From Eledone cirrhosa (taxonomy: Eukaryota): a stretch of DNA of 64,000 nucleotides. Of the stretch, positions 1 through 9,875 are shown piece by piece. The notes below the pieces were generated by a model. The model was not told where the DNA came from and ran no database searches. It was given only the letters and a program-made list of their open reading frames with translations. The DNA lies in contig OZ024743.1 of NCBI GenBank assembly GCA_964016885.1, positions 81,220,001 to 81,284,000 on the forward strand, written 5' to 3'. Position numbers and translations under genes: made by a program. How positions within the stretch are numbered: the first letter of the stretch is position 1; each line of letters opens with the position of its first letter.

Positions 1-2769
1 AGTCGTTCTTTCTCTCAACACATTAGTTACCATTTGGTCCTCAGTCGTTCCTTCTCTCTACACATTGTTTACCATTTGGTCCCCAGTCGTTCCTTCTCCC
101 AACATATTGGTTACCATTTGGTCCTCAGTCGTTCCTCCTCTCAACACATTGGTTACCATTTGGTCCTCAGTCGTTCCTTCTCTCAACACATTGGTTACCA
201 TTTGGTCCTCACTCATTCCTTCTCTCAACACATTGGTTACCATTTGGTCCTCACTCACTCCGTCTCTCAACACATTGGTTACCATTTAGTCCCCAGTCGT
301 TCCTTCTCTCAACTCATTGGTTACCATTTATTCCCCAGTCGTTCCTTCTCTCAACACATTGGTTACCATTTGGTCCCCAGTCGTTCTTTCTCCCAACATA
401 TTGGTTACCATTTGGTCCTCACTCATTCCTTCTCTCAACACATTGGTTACCATTTGGTCCCCAGTCGTTCCTTCTCTCAACATATTGGTTACCATTTGGT
501 CCTCACTCATTCCTTCTCTCAACACATTGGTTACTATTTGGTCCGCAGTCGTTCCTTCTCTCAACACATTGGTTACCATTTGGTCCTCAGTCGTTCCATC
601 TCTCACCACATTGGTTACCATTTGGTCCGCAGTCGTTCCTTCTATCAACACATTGGTTACCATTTGTTCCTCACTCATTCCTTCTCTCAACACATTGGTT
701 ACCATTTGGTCCTCAGTCGTTCCATCTCTCAACACATGGGTTACCATTTGGTCCGCAGTCGTTCTTTCTATCAACACATTGGTTACCATTTGGTCCCCAG
801 TCGTTCCTTCTCTTAACACACATTGGTTACCATTTGGTCCTCACTCACTCCTTCTCTCAACACATTGGTTACCATTTGGTCCCCAGTCGTTCCTTCTCTC
901 GACTCATTGGTTACCATTTGGTTGCCAGTCGTTCCTTCTCTCAACTCATTGGTTACCATTTTGTTGCCAGTCATTCCTTCTCTCAACTCATTGGTTACCA
1001 TTTGGTCCGCAGTCGTTCCTTCTCTCAATACACTGGTTACCATTTGGTCCCCAGTCGTTCCTTCTCTCAACACATTGGTTACCATTTGGTCCCCTGTCGT
1101 TCCTTCTCTCAATACACTGGTTACCATTTGGTCCTCACTCATTCCTTCTCTCAACACATTGGTTACCATTTGCTCCCCAGTCGTTCCTTCTCTCAACACA
1201 TTGGTTACCATTTGGTCCCCAGTCTTTCCTTCTCTCAACATATTGGTTACCATTTGGTCCCCACTCATTCCTTCTCTCAACACATTGGTTACCATTTGGT
1301 CCCCAGTCGTTCCTTCTCTCAACACATTGGTTACCATTTGGTCCCCAGTCGTTTCTTCTCTCAACACATTGGTTACCATTTGGTCCTCAGTCGTTCCTTC
1401 TCTCAACACATTGGTTACCATTTGGTCCCCAGTCGTTCCTTCTCTCAACTCATTGGTTACCATTTGGTCCCCAGTCGTTCCTTCTCTCAACTCATTGGTT
1501 ACCATTTTGTTGCCAGTCGTTCCTCCTCTCAACTCATTGGTTACCATTTGGTCCCCAATCGTTCCTTCTCTCAACACATTGGTTACCATTTGGTCCTCAG
1601 TCGTTCCTTCTCTCAAAACATTGGTTACCATTTGGTCCTCAGTCGTTCCTTCTCTCAACACATTGGTTACCATTTGGTTCTCAGTCGTTCCTTCTCTCAA
1701 CACATTGGTTACCATTTGGTCCCCAGTCGTTCCTTCTCTCAACTCATTGGTTACCATTTTGTTGCCAGTCGTTCCTCTTCTCAACTCATTTGTTACCATT
1801 TGGTCCTCACTCCTTCCTTCTCTCAACACATTGGTTACCATTTGGTCCCCAGTCGTTCCTTCTCTCTACACATTGGTTACCATTTGGTCCCCAGTCGTTC
1901 CTTCTCTCAACATATTGGTTACCATTTGGTCCTCACTCATTCCTTCTCTCAACACATTAGTTACCATTTGGTCCCCAGTCGTTCCTTCTCTCAACACATT
2001 GGTTACCATTTGGTTCCCAGTCGTTTCTTCTCTCAACACATTGGTTACCATTTGATCATCACTCATTCCTTCTCTCAACACATTGGTTACCATTTGATAC
2101 CCAATCGTTCCTTCTCTCAACATATTGGTTACCATTTGGTCCTCACTCATTCCTCCTCTCAACACATTGGTTACCATTTGGTCCCCAGTCGTTTCTTCTC
2201 TCAACACATTGGTTACCATTTGGTCCCCAGTCGTTCCTTCTCTCAACACATTGGTTACCATTTGGTCCTCACTCATTCCTTCTCTCAACACATTAGTTAC
2301 CATTTGGTCCCCAGTCGTTCCTTCTCTCAACACATTGGTTACCATTTGGTTCCCAGTCGTTTTTTCTCTCAACACATTGGTTACCATTTGATCCTCACTC
2401 ATTCCTTCCCTCAACACATTGGCTACCATTTGATACCCAGTCGTTCCTTCTCTCATCATATTGGTTACCATTTGGTCCCCTCTCATTCCTTCTCTCAACA
2501 CATTGGTTACCATTTGGTCCTCACTCACTCCTTCTCTCAACACATTGGTTACCATTTGGTCCTCAGTCGTTCCTTCTCTCAACACATTGGTTACCATTTG
2601 GACGCCAGTCGTTCATTCTCTCAACACATAGGCTACCATTTGGTCCTCACTCATTCCTTCTCTCAACACATTAGTTACCATTTGGTCCTCACTCATTCCT
2701 TCTCTCAACACATTGGTTACCATTTGGTCCTCAGACGTTCCTTCTCTCAACACATTGGTTACCATTTGG
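1..2769. repeat. 42-bp tandem minisatellite, about 66 copies, consensus CATTGGTTACCATTTGGTCCCCAGTCGTTCCTTCTCTCAACA; truncated by the window start
   Basis: Unit read directly; GGTTACCATTT recurs every 42 bp. Main variants are CCCAGTCGT, CTCAGTCGT and CTCACTCAT. A 2-bp (CA) insertion lies at about 817-820. The array ends at ...ACCATTTGG|CTGGTG. Confidence 0.98.
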
Positions 2770-3276
2770 CTGGTGTTTGGAATATAAAAAATGTTCTCAC
2801 ATTAATTATAAGGAAAGGAATTAAGAAAAAATAATCAGATATTCAAAAGGATTTAGTAATATATTTTACCTACTATTTCTTAAACTGGTGTTTTTTAGTA
2901 CAACCTAACAATTGATTGCATAATTATAAGAAGGAAGATAGTTAAAGATAAATTTAAACACTATATTAGTTCGGTACGATATTTCTGATGGAAGCCGGCA
3001 CAATGCTAGTTAGAAACCCGGGAGTAAAGTGGAAGATTTTTAAAAATCCCTCTGTTTTCAGTTTTACCATATATTTAATATTTGTGGTTGAGAGTCATTT
3101 TTCAAAAAAAATAAATGGATTTCATGTTGGCGGAAGTAAAAGTGTGTGGTTCTGTTTTGTTTTGCTTTACGTTACTCTCGGATTTATTTATTCACTTCCT
3201 ACTTGCATTGTATCGGATTTCGTAAAGAATCATAAGCACATATTTCAAAAGGCTTCATACAAGCTATATATATATA

Positions 3277-3343
3277 CAGGGTGTCCCAAAATAAGGCAAC
3301 AGCATTCACATCAAAGTGTGTATATATTTCTTCTGACACCCTA
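3277..3343. mobile_element. Putative very small Tc1/mariner-type MITE or internally deleted remnant in a (TA)n tract
   Basis: TA-CAGGGTGTCCC...GACACCCTA-TA: imperfect terminal inverted repeats (AGGGTGTC/GACACCCT) flanked by TA. CAGGGTG is a common Tc1/mariner terminus. Confidence 0.5.
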
Positions 3344-4424
3344 TATATATATATATATTTCATTCAGGTTAAAACAAAACATTATGATTCAAATAACTTT
3401 ACTAATTTCTACATCCGTTTTGATTTAACGAAATGCAATCGCAAACATAAATAATAATTTGCAGATTAATTAATTAATTAAATCACCAGACAGATATTTT
3501 AATCACATATCACATCTCTTCAAGAAACTAATATAAGATAAGTGGAATGTATGTCACAAAATACGAGATAATGTTGGAAATGATCCACAAATAACAGACA
3601 TGATGTGAAAAGGTTTGTTTTTTTCATAAAAATCCAGATGAGAGATTTATAACTGAGGCAGTGAGAAGCATTAATGTTTAATATAATTTAACTTGATTTA
3701 AGCAACAACATTGTTAATATATGATATGTCCTCATGCTGTAATTTCAGTTTATATATGCAAACACAAATAGAGTCTACTAATAAAATGTTAACATTTCGT
3801 AGCAGTTTCTGTTGAGCGTGTAAAGTGCTTTTTAAATCGAAATACAGCTTAACATCTGCGTTAGACTAGGTTCTGTTTATGGCAGTGTAACGATTTTACG
3901 AGTGGTATATGAAAAAAGGCATCCAAAATCATTGTTCAGTATTCAATTACAAACAAGGCCAAAGTATGTTTACATATAGGTTAGATGGTGAGCTTCAATA
4001 GCAGGATCATTTAAGGGTGGCTAAAACCTATCTATGTATGTAAATGTTACAAAAGCACCATGTGTAGATCTACGTGTGGTTAAAGAAAACTTAAGCAGAC
4101 TTTCGAATGAAATTTAGCGAGTTCAAACTTGAATAGTTTGTGACAAAATATAGAAAAGTTGTACACTTCACTGAAAATCTAATATATGAATGACTTGACG
4201 ATACAACCACCATAGTGATGCGATAACTGAATATATTTTAGGGGAAATGAGAACGTCAGATATAATGGGTTCATAAATAAGGAGAGGTACAGAAGAGAAT
4301 ATGGTCATCAAACCTCACAACATACAACAAACACATTACCCACAATGATTTTGCAGTGCCAATTCTAACGTGGCCTTGTTATCTGGTCACTTCAAGCCTC
4401 ATCCATACCACAAAGTGGTTGTGT

Positions 4425-4610
4425 AGGTGTCACGAAAAGGAAGTACGCAGTTCACACTGTAAAAATGATTGGCTTTAGGAAGGGCATCCAGCCGCAGAAA
4501 TCAAGACAAAATCAGATTTGTATGAGTAAGACATGTTTCAGAACGGGACAACTTGTCTTACCCATGCTAACGTGAAACACGGTGGTTAAACGGTAATGAT
4601 GACGACGACA
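4425..4610 (+). mobile_element. Decayed 3' part of an RTE-related SINE/LINE repeat
   Basis: Motif TTGGCTTTAGGAAGGGCATCCAGCCG, then ACCCATGCTAACGTGAAA...GTTAAACGGTAATGATGACGACGAC (degenerate (GAT)n tail). Matches a recalled abundant octopus repeat; not searched. Confidence 0.6.
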
Positions 4611-4829
4611 ATACCCGGAAAGCCGTTTTATGTTAGTGGATACGTTAACGTCAACATAGGTGTGGATATTTTATATTTCCCACACAAGGTATGAGGCCGA
4701 GGCTTGTCAACATTGTACTACCCCCGGATAATGACACCGAAGAAACATCTTCAACAGAAGAAATATGTCTACAACCCTCTCACAATATTGTTAGGATAGA
4801 CATTGCAGAAAGATATGAAGAAAAAGCTG

Positions 4830-5095
4830 ACATGAACATTGGAAAACTCTACTCAATGATCGAACAAAATAAAAAAATATAGCAGTTTACTTGGGACGAA
4901 AACTGCAGTCCATGACGTACAGATAAGTTTATAACATCCCAACTTGAAAGGTACATGTGAACCAGGACCAAGAAATCCCTACCGAGTAAGTCATCAGGTG
5001 GCAATAAATCAAGGCTGTCCTACACAAAGACTAAAATTTACTACGGAAGACGGACATGAGAACAAATATGGATGAATGTGTTGTGAGATGGTTCA
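4830..5095 (+). pseudogene. Possible heavily decayed C-terminus of a LINE (RTE-like) reverse transcriptase ORF
   Basis: Broken frames give VHVNQDQEIPTE*VIRWQ, QGCPT and TDMRTNMDECVVRW, loosely like the GH..R..E...V+.W.P..RGRP...M.DR..W ending of RTE-type proteins. Confidence 0.3.
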
Positions 5096-5120
5096 AAGGA
5101 ATATTTGTAGGACCTAAAAA

Positions 5121-5332
5121 TTGGTAGAGTCACTAGAATGTCAGGTAAAATGCTTTGTGTTATTTCTTTCCACTCTCTGCTCTCTGAGTTAAAATCCTAC
5201 CGAGCTTAACTTTGCCTTTCATCCATTCAAGGTCGATAAAAAATAACAGTCTAGTACTGGGGACTATTCTTCCTCTCTCAGGAAGAAATCTGCTGTATTC
5301 AGATAAGGAGAGGAGATGGGCTCTGCCAGGTT
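5121..5332 (+). mobile_element. tRNA-derived SINE, family A copy 1
   Basis: A-box-like TGGTAGAGT, B-box-like GAGTTAAAATCC, core AACTTTGCCTTTCATCCATTCAAGGTCGATAAAA, and 3' tail TCTCAGGAAGAAATCTGCTGTATTCAG...GAGATGGGCTCTGCCAGG shared with copies 2-4. Confidence 0.8.
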
Positions 5333-5434
5333 TTAATAATGTCTTACAAATGCCGTCAATACGGCACCCCAACGATTCCCTAACGTGTTATGAGACCATG
5401 ACATTTTATGCCAAATATATAAACCAGTGCCACA

Positions 5435-5728
5435 TTAAAACACAACAGGCCTGGTGTTGTTTGGTTGACAACATGATCGTAATGTAGTAAGAAGGATACA
5501 AGAATAGAAGGATATCTACTGACCATTGATGGGGAGTTTGCAGAGAAGGTACCCCAAAGTACGTGCTCAGTTTCATGCCCACGATTATTGGAATTACAGG
5601 ATATACACCAACTAATTAGATTAAAATACGACTGAACTTGGATTTGTTGAGAAAGAACGATTGATAGGCTAGAAATGGCAGCAATATCTGGAAGCTTCAA
5701 CATCTGTGACACTTTCTTAATATTCTAA
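5435..5728 (+). pseudogene. 3' fragment of a non-LTR retrotransposon with a restriction-like endonuclease (R4/Dong/NeSL-like), decayed
   Basis: Translation across stops and frameshifts: LKHNRPGVVWL (cf. KHNRPD), IQE*KDIY*PLMGSLQRRYPK, FMPTIIGITGYTP (cf. PIIIGALG), DRLEMAAISGSFNICDTFLIF*. This is the motif order of the RLE C-terminus. Confidence 0.7.
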
Positions 5729-5825
5729 AGATGAACTATTATACAAAGGGAAACTCAAGTGTCTTAATAACCTTGCCACCGGGAAGGTGGCCGGTCAAAA
5801 ATAACTGAAGAAACAGAGACAAACA

Positions 5826-6038
5826 TGTATAAATATACATACACATACATTCATGCATACATACATACACACACACATACATTCATACATTCATACACAT
5901 ATACATGCACACATACATTCATACATACATACACACACACATACATATATTCACACATACATTCATACATTCATACACACATACATACACACATACATTC
6001 ATATATACATAGATACATATAACACACACACACACGCA

Positions 6039-6109
<71 letters not shown>

Positions 6110-6309
6110 ACATTCATTCATACACGCATACACACATGTATACATAATATACACATGGATGCATGCATAAATACATATGTACGTACATGATTCACACATA
6201 CATTTATACATACATACGTACATCATTCACACATACATTTATACATACATAGACATACACACATACATAAATATATACATACATTCATATATATATATAT
6301 ATACATATA

Positions 6310-6351
<42 letters not shown>

Positions 6352-6353
6352 CA

Positions 6354-6393
<40 letters not shown>

Positions 6394-6476
6394 TGCATAT
6401 ATATATATATATATATATACATATATATACATGCATATATATATATATATACATACATACATACACACACATACAA

Positions 6477-6539
<63 letters not shown>

Positions 6540-6611
6540 CATACATACATACATACATACATACATACACACACATACATACATACATGCATACATACAC
6601 ACATACACACA

Positions 6612-6643
<32 letters not shown>

Positions 6644-6812
6644 CATACATACACACATACACATACATACATCAATACATACACACATATATACATACAT
6701 ACACACATACATACACATAATACATACACATACATACATACATACATACATACATACATACACATACATGCATACATACATACATACATACATACATACA
6801 TACATACATACA

Positions 6813-6848
<36 letters not shown>

Positions 6849-6850
6849 TA
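5826..6850. repeat. Compound microsatellite: (TACA)n, (CA)n, (CT)n, (TA)n, about 1 kb
   Basis: Read directly; explains the HTYI/MYVC low-complexity ORFs. Confidence 0.97.
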
Positions 6851-7073
6851 GAAGATCAACTAATCGGGTCGGACAAATCAAGTAGAGCACACAATACTCA
6901 TGAGGGAATTCGGCTTTTAGTCCATAGCTCTGAAATGTCCACTGATAATGATATACATAGCTTCTTCTCTGTCTTGGTGTCACTTTAAATTATCTTACAG
7001 AACCAAAGAAATCCAAACATTAACCGACCGCCATTACCAAACTTACTCGGAATTTCTTTTCTATTTTGCTTTT

Positions 7074-7224
7074 AAATTTGCTCGAAACATTTCCAAGAAT
7101 CGAGTCTTTATTTTTAAATACTATTTCTTATGTTTTATGTATTTATTTATATTCCTTTCATTCGATATTCCTAATAAATACACATTTTTATATCCATAAC
7201 GATATTCGTTTTGGAGACATGATG
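7074..7224 (+). repeat. Diverged direct repeat, copy 1 (about 150 bp)
   Basis: AAATTTGCTCGAAACATTT...GATATTCCTAATAAATA...TATATCCATAA...CATGATG is also present at 7730-7863. Confidence 0.85.
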
Positions 7225-7729
7225 CAAAAATATGGAAAAAACAAGAAAATATTGATTCAAATTCCATATACAGTTGTAAGTTGTATATATTTACAAACAG
7301 GAAGAGAGAAGACAGAAGAAAAAAGATGGATAAATGGAATAAATAAATAAAAAAAGAACTGAAAGAAGGGAAAAGGAGAAGGGCGAGTCTATAATCCTTC
7401 ATCTTGACAGAGAGGTACATGTCCTCTGCGACACATCAATATGATGGTGAAAGCCTTTCCTGGGAAAATACTAACCAGGGCAACCCGCTACTTCAGCCAT
7501 TCCATTTTACTGGGCAAACTCTGCTGACCAGAAGGTGAAAGTATTGGCACGGAAAACAGCCAAGGATACCCTCTACCATATAAACCATTCCATCACACGG
7601 GCTTCTTTCCTCAGCCGAGATGTCCTACACCCGGAGAAAAACATCCACCCGGGGACTGCGGTAACATTAGGGGCCATGATGGCAACAGACCAACAACGAA
7701 ACCCTCAGTTAAAGCCTGGAATTTAACTC

Positions 7730-7863
7730 AAATTTGCTCGAAACATTTTCAAGTATCTAGCCGTTATTTAAAATATTTCTCTATTTATTCTATTCATTTC
7801 TTTTGATATTCCTAATAAATAAACACTTCTATATCCATAATGACCTTCATTTTAGGCATGGTG
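7730..7863 (+). repeat. Diverged direct repeat, copy 2
   Basis: Same anchor blocks in the same order as 7074-7224. Confidence 0.85.
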
Positions 7864-7878
7864 TGTACAGTATTCGTG

Positions 7879-7933
7879 GGTGTGTGTGTGTGTATTTGTG
7901 TGTATGTGTGCGTGTGTGTGTGTTTATATATAT
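7879..7933. repeat. (GT)n/(TA)n microsatellite
   Basis: Read directly. Confidence 0.9.
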
Positions 7934-8161
7934 AAACAACCAATATGTATAAAGAGATACTTTATCCAGACTTTTTCACTCTATTACTTGTTTCTAGTGG
8001 TTGTTTTATTTTCGGTTCTACTTAAGTTAGTTTCTGAAAGGAAAAGTGATTTAGGAAGAGAAACGTTTGACACAATATGTATAATAGTAAGTTTTATGAA
8101 CTTATTTCTGTGATCAACTGAGATTTCCAAACGCCATATTTGTTATCACTGTCCAGTTTAT

Positions 8162-8395
8162 GGCGGCGAATTGAGTCGTTAGAACGTCGGATAGAATGTT
8201 TTGTCGTATTCCGTTTAGCTCTCTGCTTTCTGAGTGAAAATCCGGCCAAAGTCAACTTTACCTTTCACCCTTTTGATAAAAAATGTACTGGGATCAATTC
8301 TTCCTCTTTCTTTCTCTCATTCTCTTTATCTTTCTCAGGAAAAAATCTGCTATATTTAGTCCAGAGAGGGATGGGCGCGGCCAAGTTTAATATGC
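8162..8395 (+). mobile_element. tRNA-derived SINE, family A copy 2
   Basis: GGCGGCGAATTGAGTCGTTAGAACGTCGG...TCTGAGTGAAAATCCGGCCAAAGTCAACTTTACCTTTCACCC, a CT-rich linker, then tail TCTCAGGAAAAAATCTGCTATATTTAG...GATGGGCGCGGCC. Confidence 0.8.
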
Positions 8396-8659
8396 CCCCA
8401 AAACGTGTGGTATAATGTTATTCTAGCCTGTTGCCATCCATTCAAGATATATATCCTAACAACTTCCAAATGAAAAAATTATATTTTCAAGGATAAAAAC
8501 TGTCCATAAAAAATATTTGAAAGGATATTTTAAGGGTTTGAATTTTCCTGATGATAAACAGAGATATCTTACATTCCATGTAATATAATGAAGCCTGATT
8601 TTTGTAAACTATATCCTTGATATATTTTTCTTTCCTGTAATTCCTGTAATTTTAAGCTC

Positions 8660-8887
8660 GGTGGAGCCCATCTCCTCTCCAGGCCTGAATATAGCAGATT
8701 TCTTCCAGAGGGCGGTAGAGAATGGGAGAGAGCAAATGAGAAAAAGACATAGAGGAAGAGTCGGCCGCAATAATAAACTGGTACTTTTTTATCGACCTTG
8801 AAAGAATGAAAAGCAAAGTTGGCCTCGGTGGGATTTGAACGCAGAGAATATAGAGCTAACGTTCTAACGACTCTGCCAATTTGCTAC
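8660..8887 (-). mobile_element. tRNA-derived SINE, family A copy 3 (inverted, internal deletion)
   Basis: Reverse complement reads TTGGCAGAGTCGTTAGAACG...GCGTTCAAATCCCACCGAGGCCAACTTTGCTTTTCATTCTTTCAAGGTCGATAAAAAAGTACCAG...GGAAGAAATCTGCTATATTCAG...GAGATGGGCTCCACC. Confidence 0.85.
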
Positions 8888-9048
8888 TTTCGTATTTTCG
8901 ATAGTATATTTTAAAGAAATATTTATAAGCTATACTTTTGATAATATATTTTATAAGCTATATTGTGGATGTCACAGCATGGCATGTTAACTTCTAACGA
9001 AGTCATAACTGTATCGCAGTGATATGCAATGTGTCTTGGGGGGTTAAT

Positions 9049-9104
9049 CCTGGTGGACCCATTTCTCTTCATGTCATGAAACGGCCAATTGCTTACTCTG
9101 AAAA

Positions 9105-9142
<38 letters not shown>

Positions 9143-9325
9143 AGACAAAGAGGGGTGTTTCAGGAAATATCGATCCTTTACTAGACTAGTAATTTATTTC
9201 ACAACTTCGAAAGGATGAAGGACAAAATTGACCTGGCTGGGGTTCGATCTTAGAAATCAGACAGCCAGAAGAAAAAAAGTTAAGTATTCTCCCCGACTTT
9301 CTAATGACACTGCCAGTTGCCCCAT
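9049..9325 (-). mobile_element. tRNA-derived SINE, family A copy 4 (more diverged), with internal (CT)n
   Basis: Reverse complement reads GGCAACTGGCAGTGTCATTAGAAAGTCGG...AGATCGAACCCCAGCCAGGTCAATTTTGTCCTTCATCCTTTCGAAG...(CT)n...GAGAAATGGGTCCACCAGG. Confidence 0.7.
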
Positions 9326-9785
9326 ATTTCCTGTAGATAACTACAATAAATATGGGGGTCATAGTATATCTATACCAAAATATACGAACTATAATCTCTA
9401 CAGTATATTTCTATCAGTCGATTTGGTTCGCTGTTAATATTGTACTGAAAACATTCGTTAATATATTAAAATTCAAAATCAATAGTTTCCATAGAAACAC
9501 CGAAAGCAAGTCATTCGACTCCAATGTTCGAGTATAGATTTTGTAATATATCAACACGAAAGGAAAAAAAAAACGTTTATTTCAAGAACATGGTTGCTAA
9601 ATTGTCTGACATATTAAACTACAATCGTGATAGTGCTATCGTGAAATGTAGAAGAGTAAAGTATTTTACTCACGATCTTTCAATATAATAAATGCTATTT
9701 CACATTAGCTCCATATAGGGTAAAATGTGCTGAAATGTTACGAAATTTAGTGATGTTATTTATAAACTACATTATATGATATAAA

Positions 9786-9875
9786 CGTAGTATGGCTAAG
9801 TAGCTGATAATTTAGTTTTACAATCATAAGTTCTGGGGTTCACTCTGACTGCGTGGCATGTTGGGCGAGTGTCAT
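9786..9875 (+). mobile_element. 5' head of a second tRNA-derived (CORE-like) SINE family, running directly into the satellite
   Basis: A box TGGCTAAGTAG (9793-9803), B-box-like GGTTCACTCTG (9837-9847) at tRNA-like spacing, then ACTGCGTGGCATGTTGGGCGAGTGTC, resembling the recalled octopus SINE segment ACTGCGTGGCACCTTGGGCAAGTGTCTTCTAC. Confidence 0.7.

Noticed and set aside
34-2597. Long overlapping ORFs on both strands (LVTIWSP, HWLPFGP, MVTNVLREG repeats)
   Set aside because: By-products of a 42-bp unit that is a multiple of 3 and lacks stops in four frames; they are interrupted by stops and a frameshift.
1-2769. Common origin of the 42-bp and 29-bp repeats (both contain TACCA)
   Set aside because: Similarity is limited to about 5 bp; no alignable monomer.
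2988-3428. 146-aa ORF
   Set aside because: AT-rich, runs through (TA)n tracts and the TIR element, and has no recognisable domain.
5825-6988. HTYI/MYVC-rich ORFs
   Set aside because: Translations of microsatellite sequence.
6948-9537. Short ORFs of 60-99 aa
   Set aside because: They overlap SINEs, microsatellites or AT-rich DNA, with no protein family motifs.
9786-9850. Functional tRNA gene
   Set aside because: A/B-box-like motifs are present but there is no intact cloverleaf; better explained as a SINE head.
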